Shown: in pieces, positions 23,213 to 35,265 of the stretch
Numbering within the stretch: the first letter of the stretch is position 1
How the letters are laid out: every line of letters starts with the position of its first letter
NCBI GenBank assembly: GCA_051294375.1
Contig: CM119265.1
Location: 19,904,012 to 19,968,011, forward strand
DNA length: 64,000 bases
Reading direction: 5' to 3'
From: Paraspadella gotoi
Taxonomy: Eukaryota > Animalia > Chaetognatha
Translations under genes and position numbers: made by a program
The notes under the pieces: model-generated
The model's database searches: none
What the model was told of the DNA's origin: nothing
The model's input: only the letters and a program-made list of their open reading frames with translations

Positions 23213-26200
23213 ATGGTGACGACTTCGCAGAATTTGGTGATGGATCTCGGGAGAGTGGAGCTCTCGTGTCTGTCCGCTGCCATCCAATCACTTCACGACA
23301 CAGGTTCCGTGGAACTTGGATTAAAAAATGGGCTCGTCCGGGAGTCGAACCCGGGACCTCTCGCACCCGAAGCGAGAATCATACCACTAGACCAACGAGC
23401 CAAACTTATTTTAATGGTTATTAGTGGGCGGGTAATTCTATGAAGCCTTTTTAATTTTTTTTATAGAAAATAATGATTTATTACGTATTACGTAAATTGA
23501 GTTAACATTGACTCAATAAATTGCTCTCCATTTTATTTTCCTCCAAAACGGTTTAGCTTTAAATTAAAAAGATTGGGTACCACTCATATCGCTGCCCGGT
23601 TAGCTCAGTCGGTAGAGCACAGGACTCTTAATCCTGGGGTCGTGGGTTCGAGCCCCACATTGGGCGCATCTATTTTTTAAGGTTATTCGTAAATTTTATA
23701 ATTTTAATATATTTAAGATATTGTAGAATCGGCTTAATACCGTATCTTAAAATTTTCACCAGTCACCACCTATGCCATAATTATTTTTTTCCCTTGCAAT
23801 TAGCACAACAATAAACTTAATTGGTGAAGTTTTCTTCTAACTTCTGTCATTTAATTTAATTTGCAATTTCCCACCAGTCAAAAGCAACGTGGCGAGTGCC
23901 AATTTGCTTAAAGAATCGACTCCAGTTGTTTCCGCCTGCAGCGGGGAGGCGCAACGATCTCAGAAGGATGACTTCGACACTTCGGAAAGAAAAAAGGTAA
24001 ATTTCAACAAATGAGCAACGTCCAGTGAATTCCAGCTCAATTTTTATTCACCTTTTGGACTGAAAACCTTTCCTGAAATCATAACAGTTGCTTAGAGTTA
24101 GCTTAAAATTACTTCATGCACTTTAATATTTTGTATTATTCACACATAAGCTGCTGTAATGAATATTGTAATAAATATTGTAGCACGTAAATGGTTTTAA
24201 TTTTTATTTTATTAAACCTTTTGCTGGATAATAGATCTTTAGGAAATCTATTCTAATAGTATTACATTATGTTCAGGAAGTGACAATGCCCGAATCGGCC
24301 ATGGAGCACCCTGGAAAGACCATGATTTACTTAAGAGTCGTTTTCCTCAAAATCGGCGACGTCGACACGGTCAAAGAAAACTACAAGGCCGACATCTACA
24401 TCCAGGCCAAATGGCGAGAACCCTGTCTCGATGGGTTGGATCCCAACAAAACCATCGTCGATATGACTACGAGTAATAAGGACGGATAGAGGGAGAGGGA
24501 TAAAAGGACGGATAGAGGCAGAGCGATATAGGGACGGATAGAGGGAGAGGGATAAAAGGACGGTTAGAGGGAGAGCGATATAGGGACGGATAGAGGGGCT
24601 TTGAGTGCGAGGGTCACTGATTGACGTTCAAATAGTAGATGAGAATTTTTTTTAAATTCGATAACATTGAAGTTGAAGTTGAAGTTGAAAATTCAACTTG
24701 AATAAAATCCAAAACATGGAGGAAGGGGAATTTCGGTCCTATGGCGACTTCAAACGGTCGCCACACTAAAATTCTGAAATGCACGAGATCAGTGATCCCT
24801 TGTGATTAGGAGATGGGCAGTGGGGAACTAATCTTGGGTAAGTATTTGTATTTAAGTCGCCTAAATACAACTTTCTTAGTTTGGAATCCGAACCTCTACT
24901 TCGAAAACATCATCGGCGGAGGAAAGGGCAAAAACTGGACGACATGGCAGCTGACGACTCGAGGGGAGGCTTGGGTGTTCGAACGACGCCTGCTGAAGGT
25001 CTGTTACGGGATTTGACGTCGAGAAGGATCGAATAATAAATATAATCATTAAAGAATGCCAAAGAGGGACTAACCGAAGATCTGACAGAACCCTAATCAA
25101 TTTTCCAGCTTAAAAAATCATCTTAAGGGAACCCAGTGATGGAAGGGGGTCAAGGTGGGTGAAAGGCTGATTTCATAAAGTTTGGTGCTTCAAACTTCCC
25201 CAATTCCAAAAATGTAACTCATTCTTCTCTAGTCTAATGGGAAAGTGGTAAAAAAATTCGTTTTCGTCAGCTCCGCCGATTTTCGTTTAAAAATTCGGTA
25301 AGGGGCAAATCTTTTCAAAGTTTTGAATTTTTTTTCTTGTAAAGATAGTATAAAATTTTTTTAATATTTACAACTTTTGAAGAGACAGTAATTATTGTTA
25401 TGAGTAGTTGACCAGAACCGTTCAATATAAGCAGTCCCTGAGCTTCGGATCAGGCTGTAACACCGTGTTACAGGCGGGTTAAGCGCCCCGTCCCTCTTAA
25501 CTGCCAGACGACCACCGGGCTAGAACCCCGGACCTTTGGGTTGGGAGGCGAATGACTTTACTCCGGCACCAATGGCCGCTGATGAACGGTTGGTGGATTT
25601 TAGTCCACCATACATCCCCCCCTCCCGTAGGGAGAAGTCTGTTGCGTCTCTTCAGTGAATTGTTGTTGTGTGGAAAGTTCGTCACCAAGTTGAGGCATGT
25701 CGCCTGATGTGTTGTGGCGGAAAGTGCATCGCCATGTTGAGGCATGTCGCCTGAAAGTGTTGTTGTTGCTGTTGTGTTTGGAAGTCGGGCTCACCAATGA
25801 AGAGACAGTAATTATTGTTATGAGTTAGTGACAGAACCATTCAATATAAGCAGTCCCTGAGCTTCGGATCAGGCTGTAACACCATGTTACAGGCGGGTTA
25901 AGCGCCCGTCCCTCTTAACTGCCAGACGACACACCGCTAGAACCCCGGACCTTTGGGTTGGGAGGCGAATGGCTTTACTCCGGCACCAATGGCCGCTGAT
26001 GAATGGTTGGTGGATTTTAGTCCACCATACTTTATACTAAACAACGGCAACTGCAAAGTTTTATTAACAATAATATTAAATACGGACATGTTTCGATTCT
26101 TACTCGAGTCTTCACAGCGCGAAATTAAAAAAAAACATAAATATTTTTTTTCAAAAAAAAATTATACTAAACATTAATTCTTGAAAGCTGACATATTTCC

Positions 26201-29200
26201 AACAATGGCTAACTTATTTTCTCCCACAAAATATAACAGTAGTGATTAGCGATAAAAAAGTTTGAAAGAAAACTTTTAGAGAATAATTAAATCATTTAAT
26301 TTTAATCGTGAATTTAGAACTTTTTTTGTTTATAAACAAAATTTTAATGAATAACGCGACTTCTAATCTGTGCTATACTATCTCAGTACTGAATTATAAA
26401 ATCTCACTGAGAAGAGATAAAAAAAATCTGAGAGTACTAATGTTTAGAAGAAAAATACAATAAAGTAACCCTATAATTATTTTGTCCTTGTTCGCCTTAC
26501 AAGGGAGTTTTGACTTCTTTTTTTTCACTTTCCCCTATCATTAAGAAGATGAAAACATAACTGTTAAAAAGCTTTTATTAAATGAGGCTTGCACTAATAA
26601 TTTTAGCTCTTTACATTTAAAAGTTAAAAAATAAAAAAATTGCGAAAAATTATTTCCCCTGCATAAGTAAGACAATGGAGGATACCAGTATTTAGGGAAG
26701 ACCATTTAAACATTTTTTCAATAATTATCTCATCCTTGTTCGCCTTGCAACTTGGAGAAGCAAATTTTTTTTCACTTTCCCATGCAAAGAAAAATTAATA
26801 ACTATCACCATTTGAATTCCTTTAATGATAAACCCTTAAGCTTATTATATAATTTTTATCAATGGGTTCCCTTAAGACTAATTTTTGAAAACAAACCAAT
26901 ATTCGCTGGTTTTTCTTTTTTATTCCTTTTTGACAAATCTCATTCATACTTCTTTTCGTGTTTCTTCCCACTCAGGGCACGTTCGCCGAGACGCTGGAAT
27001 TGATGGACTTTCCCTTCGACGTCCAAGACTTGAGCGTCATCGTGGCGACAGACAAGACGACTCTCGAGGTCGACCTTGTCCAGGATCAGGACGAGATGTC
27101 CGCCATCACGGTCGCGCCCTTCGTCGAGCAGACGGTGAAATCGGGGTTACGGTAGAGGATGGTCCGATGTTGTAGAGGCACATAAATCATTTAATGACAA
27201 TAAATATGAAGAGACACGAGAAAAGACATGTTGTAAAATGGCGAGATCAAGAGAGACTGAAAAGAGAGAGAGAGAGAGAGAGAGAGCTCTGGTAGCCTCA
27301 AAAAAATAATGAGAATGTAAATAATAAAAATATATAAAAACAGTAACTGACAAATTAATATTAGCAGTTGATTTTAACGAACTCAGCTTATGATGGAGTA
27401 TGAACACTGAGCAGTGAGCACTGAGCATTGAGCAGAGAAGTGTTCGAAAGCAATAAATATTTAGTACTCGGTATGTTTGAGCGTTGGGCAAATCTTTATC
27501 AATTCTTTTCCAGGAGTGGGACTTGTACAAACACGTAGAGACGGCCAAGATGTCTGTGGTGCACGGTTACTCATCCACAACCAAATCATACCCCACCTTC
27601 TCCTGCATCGCCCGCGCCGCCAGGAGACCCGGATATTTCTACTGGAACATTTTTCTCGTACTTTTCTTCATCAATTCGCTCAGGTGGTGGCGATGTTGTT
27701 GCTGCAACTGCTTTTGCTGCTGCTGTTCTTTGTTGTTGCTGTCGTAGTTGTAGTTGAAACAATGCCATCGACGATTCCTCGAATCTTTCTCCAGTTTCAC
27801 GACCTTCAGCGTCGACGAAAGTTACGTCCAAAATCGTCTTCAACTTTCCTTCACGCTGTTACTGACCACGGTCTCTTTCAAATTCGTGATTAACCGGACG
27901 GTACCGAGACTTTCCTACCTCACCTCTCTGGACAAGTGAGAAACTAAAAGTTCGTTCGAAGGTAATTATTTGTGAAAATTAACTCATTTTCGTGATCTTT
28001 TTCTCAGATATGTGTTGGCTTCGATCATGATGTTATGTCTCATGTGCGTCTGGCACGCGGCATGCGGAATTTTCAGGTGATGAAACGTATTGCGTATTAA
28101 ATTTACTTGACTCTTAGTTTTTTTTATATTAAATTTCAATTTTTAAATATTTCGAACGTAGAAATATACTAGGAAAAAAGTGTAACCGGTAGTCTACAAG
28201 AACGAAAATAAAGTAGAACCGCAATTTTATAGTCATTATCAACAGAGAGATATGTACAGATCGTAATGATGTAATACGTGAGTTAGTATATTGGTAAGTC
28301 GGCTCAACCACCCGATTTCAGAGACGACACGGCGGAACACTATCTCGTGACTGACAAGAAAGTCTGCGCCACGATGTTGGGCGTCTACATCGTTTATCAC
28401 ACGGTGAGTAACGATAATCATTAATCAATGTATCGAGCGTTTGAAGGACAGAATGAACGAGTGGTATGAAAGCTGGAAAGGGTAAGGAGTGAAAGTTATG
28501 TAGCGCGATCAATTTTCAATTAGTAAAGACTCATTGATCTCTGTCACTGCGTTCGCCATTTGCACGACGCTCTTTCTTGAAAGCAATAACATGTCGTCGT
28601 TGCAAGTTTGAAGGTTTTATTTATAGAGTACAAAGGATGTTAAGCGTATGCAAAGTCCTAAGTGTATCATATTTTTTTCTCTATTAAGAAATTATCCGTA
28701 ATGAGTTGTCCCAAAGTATAATATTTTCCTTTTAAAAAGGTGAAAACATTCATTGAAAAAAAATAGTAAAGCAACCGAAGAGAGGAAAAAGAAAATTAAG
28801 AGAAAACGGAAGGCCCGGGAAGATTAAGGGAAAGATGAAAGGAAAGAGTAAAGCAAATAAGGGAAGGAAAAAAATAGGAAAAGTCAACAAATAATGAATA
28901 AAGAAAAAGGTTGAAAAATTGGTCCTTTACTACTAGGGTCGGAAATCCCTCTCACGAAAATGTACGTCGGCATTTTTTCTCTGAAGTGTGAACTGTAGTC
29001 TGCAGTACAGAGTCGTTGCTTAGTAAGCTTGGAAGAAAAAGTAATCAGACAGGATCTAGCTTTTCTGATTTTCACTAGGTTTGACTATTTGACTATTTGC
29101 CAGATGATTTCCCTTTTTAATAAATACACTAACTTTTCAATTCTTGTTTTTTTAATTTTTGTCAATTAGGTCTTTGTTTTGGGCCTCTACATGTTTTCCT

Positions 29201-29313
29201 GCAAGAAGCGACGCCTGATGAAAGACAAAGATCGAAAGTACATGGTGAAGAAGATGAACTGGGAAATGAGCCGGCGGGGTGTTATGGACGATTTTGGCAA
29301 CGTCGCCTGCTGA
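23213..29313 (+). CDS. Cys-less (Pro-loop) pentameric ligand-gated ion channel-like subunit
   Basis: Exons 23213-23303 (tentative), 23878-23996, 24277-24472, 24880-24998, 26976-27134, 27514-27683, 27795-27935, 28008-28076, 28322-28403, 29170-29313. Motifs: IGDVDTVKENYKADIYIQAKW, WNPNLYFEN, LELMDFPFDVQ, RRPGYFYWNIF (M1), RLQLSFTLLLT (M2), PRLSYLTSLDKY (M3), short loop, M4. Confidence 0.88.
23330..23401 (-). tRNA. tRNA-Pro(CGG)
   Basis: GGCTCGTTGGTCTAGTGGTATGATTCTCGCTTCGGGTGCGAGAGGTCCCGGGTTCGACTCCCGGACGAGCCC: full cloverleaf, anticodon CGG, followed by a T6 Pol III terminator. Confidence 0.97.
23594..23666 (+). tRNA. tRNA-Lys(CTT)
   Basis: GCCCGGTTAGCTCAGTCGGTAGAGCACAGGACTCTTAATCCTGGGGTCGTGGGTTCGAGCCCCACATTGGGCG: cloverleaf, anticodon CTT, T6 terminator just downstream. 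Confidence 0.97.
24478..24598. repeat. Intronic minisatellite (GGACGGATAGAGGGAGAG... units)
   Basis: Five recurrences of GGACGGWTAGAGG at ~26-bp spacing directly after the exon donor. Confidence 0.8.
25378..26029 (-). mobile_element. Non-autonomous miniature LTR retrotransposon (TRIM-like), 652 bp
   Basis: Direct repeats 25378-25612 and 25798-26029 and 4-bp TSD CTTT (25374-25377, 26030-26033). On the minus strand a PBS-like TGGTGAGCCCGAC lies 1 nt after the 5' LTR and a [15 protein letters not shown] just before the 3' LTR. The 185-bp interior is non-coding. Confidence 0.9.
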
Positions 29314-29649
29314 TTGTCTCACGATCGCCTGCTGATCTCGTCACCTGGCCGATAAAACTTCAGAAGCCTTATGAAAAGCTCTATGCCAACAAATTAATGA
29401 TCAAAAAAGGAAATATATTAATAATTAAGTTTACTGACTATTCATTTTTAAAGATATTTAAATTATTATACATAAAGATTTGGTTCGACATGATTAGTAT
29501 ATATTTGTAAACTTTTTAACAAGAAAATATTGTGGAATGTGATAGCTCATTTACTGTTTCGATTGTAATGTAATGTACATGTACATAATGTAAATGCTAA
29601 AAAATCTGAATAGAATTAGCCCAGATATATTTTTTAACTTGATTATTTC

Positions 29650-29749
<100 letters not shown>

Positions 29750-30565
29750 TATTTCGTGTTACAAAAGGGGTGACCGTTTCCGAGGGTCTAGAATTGTTCA
29801 TTACCATACGCCTCTTCGTCGTGAACCCATGTCATCGTCGGCGTCATCGTCGTCGTCGTCGTCGTCGCTGGCATCCAGTCTCAAAAGGCGGCCTTTGGAC
29901 AACCCTTAGATCGTTCGTAACTAAAAATCAAAGCTTGTAACGAGAAATACGCTTCTTTTAAGTTAATGGATGGGCGAATCCTTTATGTTGAGAAATTTAT
30001 CTTCAATTTATTGTTGACGAAAGGTTAAAATCACGATGTCACATTCGTTCAAAAAGGAGATGAGTGGGTTTTTTTTTCGTCATCTGATTCTCTGCAAGAT
30101 TCAAACAAAGCTTTTTTTTCCCCACATTTTGTAAATTTTTCAAAAATGGCGTCACTTTGTGGATTATTAATCACATTCCTTCATTAATAAGAACGGCGAA
30201 GCGAGCCCCGTGTGTGGTTCTTAGAGCAAAGCCCAAAGCCTGTCGTCGATGATAGCATTTTTATGGATCCTTTCCTCTCGCTAAGATTTATAACTTAAGT
30301 TTCAATCTCGAGCCATAAATCAAAAAAATATACGTATAGGAATAAATTATATGCAAAAGTTTATTTAAAGAAAAAATAACCGCTTCCCTCGGCCAAAGTA
30401 GAAAGAAAATAATTATTTTATTTTTTTTTCGCTTCCTTTTTTAATTACCGAGTTTCTATTTTGGATCGAGAATCGTCACCCGTCGAGCGTCCGGCGTCCG
30501 GCGTCCGGCGTCCGCCCGTCGCCGCCATCAAAATAAAACGTCATCTTCGATCCCTCATTTTGCCA

Positions 30566-30648
30566 ATCACATTTCAAAAATCACATTTCAAAAATCACAT
30601 TTCAAAAATCACATTTCAAAAATCACATTTCAAAAATCACATTTCAAA
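30566..30648. repeat. Tandem repeat (ATCACATTTCAAAA)n, 13-14 bp unit
   Basis: About six adjacent copies visible. Confidence 0.9.
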
Positions 30649-31760
30649 AAAAATACTCATTAGCGCATTTCGGTTGTTGTAGTTGTTACTATATAAACTG
30701 ATCGAGCTCTAACTCGTTCTTCCCTGAGTTTTTTTTTTGTTTGCGAATTATATTCTGTTTTCTACCCTCATTTTTGCCCCTTTTTTTTTCGTCTTTCTTT
30801 TTAATGTCCGGCTTTTTGTTTTTATAAACACCTCATTTTTTCCCTTCAAAAAGGGAAACTGTTTTACCGATTTGGAAATTTTTTGACTTTTTTTTTTTTT
30901 CAACTCGAGGGTCGAGAAAAAGCCATCGGGACGATGATGTATCGAGATCGTCTACGGAATGAGACAAACCTTCCTCGACCGAGGAAGAAGACGTTTTCTT
31001 TTTAATGTCGAGACCAACGCCTTTAACGTTTTTTCAAATGTTTTTATTGAACAGAGTCTAAGTTTGTCCTCAACCGCGGGGTTCCGAGTTAAATTTCGAA
31101 ACGAAGAGATGGTCAAATTTATTTTCCCGCTCAAAATTAAGCTCTAGAAAAAGCTGGCGCCGTTTGATTTATTAAAGAAAAACGAAAAACTCAATTTAAA
31201 CCCCCCAACCAAAAAAAAAAACTCGTATCAATGACCGACATGTGACGCGACAATGAAATTATTATTTCTTTTTCTTTCTCCCTTTTTTTTTTCCAATGAA
31301 ATATCTCCGATGTCTTCATCGCCCGAACTGATAACTAGAAATAGAAAGAGTCTAAACTCCAAAATAAAAACGTAAATAAACAAACAAAAACAAAAAAAAC
31401 CCGAGACGCCGAAGAAGCTTTTCGAATCAACTTTCTCTGTCTGGAGAAAACGAGAGGAAGAGAACGTCGGAGATGCCAGACGGTAACGATGGACGAAATG
31501 TAAAAAAAGATTTTTAGGAATTACGACATTTTGTGAACATGTAAAAAAAGAAGGACATCTTTGAGCACTCGAGGACGAAACTCACGGTGAGTACGGAGTT
31601 GACTCGAAATCGATCAAAATTTTGGACGATTCGTTGGACGAAAAAAGTGACCAAATGCGTTGAAAACATCTTGAATTCGAAAACAAAAAAATAAACTTTC
31701 CCGCCCTCGAATCGATGGAATAAATCCGAAATTCTGGATCTTCAACGAAAATCGAAAAGG

Positions 31761-32238
31761 ATGGCGCCGTCGTCGTCGTCGTCGTCGTCGTCGACGTCCT
31801 CTTCTAGTCATCGTCGTCATCTCAGTCGCTTTTTCACTTTGCCGTCCTCCATCTTTGGCGGTCAATCCCTCGTCGCCCCTTCCCCGGATCCCGTTACGAC
31901 CTTTTCCCGCGACAATGGTGCGACGTTCGCCGAGCCAGCGCCGCTAATGGCGCCGCGACTGCCTCTTAAATCGGCGCCCATTCCGACGCCGCGTCGCCGA
32001 CCGCGCTCCTTCGCCGTTTCCTCCGGAGTCGCTCCGACAGCGCCGTCGTCGTCGCCGCCGTCGTCGCCACCGTCGTCGGCGACTATGGGCGCCATCTCGC
32101 GGTCCCTGGCGTCGTTGTTCGAAATTGGCGGCGGGGCTATTGCCATGTCGGGGCGGACCGGGCCGGCGTCGCCGGGCAGATGCAGCGCCAGGTGGAACAG
32201 ACGGGAGGAAGCAGCGGCAAACGCGAGGCGAGACGCGG
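31761..32238 (+). CDS. Probable first coding exon of a large gene (Ser/Pro-rich disordered N-terminus); product unknown
   Basis: ATG in good context (AGGATGG) and a GC-rich open frame ending at a consensus G|GTAAGT donor (phase 1). No downstream exon could be assigned. Confidence 0.5.
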
Positions 32239-34494
32239 GTAAGTTTAAGCGTGACGATTTAGGAGAGGTTAGGACTGAGGAGGTGAAGTGAGGTTTTATC
32301 GAAACCTTTTATTGTTTTCAAATCTGTATCGATGACAACTATTTACTTAGTCATAAAAGAATTATTAGTTTCATAAAAATTGTTTTTAACCGTCAGATTG
32401 CGGCAATAAAACGGAACGAGGTTCAGATCGAGAATGATTTATCATTAATCATTTATCATTAAAATTTACATTTTTGCTCTGCTTAATTAATTTTGTACAG
32501 ACTCGCGGATTCTTTCTGCCTCGATTTTTTCTTCCGGATTCATTTATTATTATTTTTTTAATTTTTCTGCTACGTTTTCTTTTTTACTCATCTCCTCCTC
32601 ATCTCCTCATCTCCTCATCTCCTCATCTCCCTTTTCTGTATTCGTAAGATCCACATATTTTCTCTCATTCGGTTTCGCCGGAGGCATGTTTCCCAGAGGA
32701 CCGTATTATTTCCCTCCGATGTAATAAGTATTTTTTCCCTTCATTTTCCCCTCGCGTATTTTCATGTTCGTCATATTTTTTCCTGTATTTGGTCAATTTT
32801 TTCTTATTTCGGTTGTAAATCTTATTCTTCTTTATCCTTTCCTTTTTTTATTTATTTTCTTTTCTTTTTCCTCCTCTCCTTTTTCTTCGCTTCCTCCTTC
32901 TTTCTTTCCTCCGTTCCTTTTCTTCCTCTCCTTTTTCTTCGCTTCCTCCTTCTTTCTTTCCTCCGTTCCTTTTTTTCTTCTCCTCGAAAGACTCAGTTTC
33001 CATCGTTCATGTTTCCACTTCCGTCGATTTTTTTTTCTTCTTTTTTTTTCGTCCTTCGTTACGTTTTCTTCTTTTTACTGGAATTCCCCTTTTTTGCTTC
33101 CTCTAGTTTGATACTTTTTTAGTCCGTTTAAATAGTTTATTGCTAAATATATGGCGGGAAAAAATGTTTTTAAATAATGTTTTGTATCTTCGTTGTATTA
33201 ACGATCTTTTAATGTTGTATTTACATTACAGCTCGTTAGAGTCGACAACAACAACAACAACTCGTAATTGATTTACAATCAAAATGACGAATTCTTAATT
33301 TATCTGTGACTCAATACTAAGTCTCGATTAAAAGCACTTTCGTCACACCATGTCGCCCTTTCTATTTTTAGTAACAAATAATTTCCTCTTATTTCCTCGA
33401 TTCCACTCGAATAATTTTCAATTCAAACTCATCATAATCATCCCTCTTTTTATTCTTTAAAAAAATCTTCCTTATGTCATAAGTTATGAGTGTTGCTGCC
33501 TGAACCTGAACCACCCACACTCTCTTTCTTAGAGCTTCGCTTGTAAATACGTCAATACGGATGAATTCAAACACAAGAAAGTCATGAGTTAAGTCTCTCG
33601 ATCCTTTTACAAGACTGTTTTTGCAGATCACTGTTTACAGTTTGACAAAATCGTCGTCGTCTTCTTAGTTGTTACGGACGCTGGAACCGACAGCAAAGAC
33701 GTCGCTAATAATCTTTAATTTCTTTCCTTGATTAATTTCTTTCCACTCCAGCGCCTTGTTTCTCTCTTTTTTTCTTTTTTAATCTTTTTCTTTCTTTTTT
33801 TTCTTACTCTTTTCTATATTTTTGATTGTTTGTATTTCTTTGTTTGTTTTTTTTCAAATTATAAATACTTTTATAAATGAGAACTCATCTATGTGTCGAG
33901 CAAGATATAACATTCTAAATCTAAAACGACATTAATGAGACTCAACCTCGCTATACATTGACGACAACGACGAAGACGACGACGACGACGAGGAATATGA
34001 AGGCACCATAACATAAGCGCCATAAGCGCCATATCCTCCCAAGGGTTTACTATAATAAGGCGAAGGTTTTGTGATGACGATAACAACAACAACGACGACC
34101 ATTAAGATAGGTGGCATTGTTGAAGACGTCAAAAAGGTTTTCGTTGCAGGGGACGATGACAGCAACAAATACAAAGTTGCTGATGATCATCGCGATTGCC
34201 TTGTCCATTGCCCATTGCCCATTGCCAATGGCATTGGCCAGCGAGAGACACCGACAGAGCGTAAGAAGAGTATTTTTGTCATATATTTTTACAAAAACTA
34301 TTAAAAATATACAAAAACGACCAGAATGGGATGTATCAGCTGATGGTTATTTACTATTGGCTTAATCCTACGGATATTGTAAAAAATTTAAGAGCGAACG
34401 TTGTAAACAAGAAGGAATCTAATTTGGTTCAACCGGAGATTTCTCATGGAGATGCGCGGTTAGACCTCCTGATGTGTCCGTGAGAACATTGCTC

Positions 34495-34597
<103 letters not shown>

Positions 34598-35265
34598 GAA
34601 ATGAATCGACCGTCGAACTTTTTTCTCATTTTTAACGAAATTTTTCTTTTCGCATTAAAAATGTCGACTTTTCTCCATAAATTTTCCGCTGAACGTCGCC
34701 AGTTGGGATTAAAGGCTCCGCTTGTCCAACTACGTTGACGGCGACAGTATTTTTTACACATTTTTTAACAAACTGTGCAATGTTTTTTACTTACATGATG
34801 ACTAATAAGTAATATCAAAGGGACACAGCTGTTCGTTTCCCACTTTCCTCTTTACTGTAAATCATTAATCTTACGTAAAACTTTTCGTTAATGATTTCAA
34901 ATAATTCGTTATATAGGAGTAAGATGATATTATCAATATCTGATTCGATAAATTTATTTATAAGATTTTACGTATTTTTTACGTTGACTGATATCCATTT
35001 TACCCATTTTTCCCTAAAAAGAAGTTGAGGAAAAAAAAATTGAAGTACAAAACCTTTATCGTCGGATTTCTTGTTTCTATCAAAACAAAAGGGAAATGAA
35101 ACGAAGTCAATAATTTCAGGTCGACTTAAAAAATCCAAATATTTTGAATGAAATGGGCGCCTGCAGATTGAAGAGTGACGTGGATAGAGTAAAACAGTTT
35201 ATTTCAAAATTAAGTACGGAACGAATAGGTTTAATTTAAGCTCTTTGTTTAAATTAACCGAAAAA

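Noticed and set aside
25545-25592. GGCGAATG / GCTGAT resembling HDV-ribozyme J4/2
   Set aside because: Could not build P1, P3 and P1.1 around the AACCGTTCA helix.
25576-25612. CTGATGA in the TRIM LTR suggesting a hammerhead (retrozyme)
   Set aside because: No GAAA/stem III follows, and the motif is on the strand opposite to the PBS/PPT sense.
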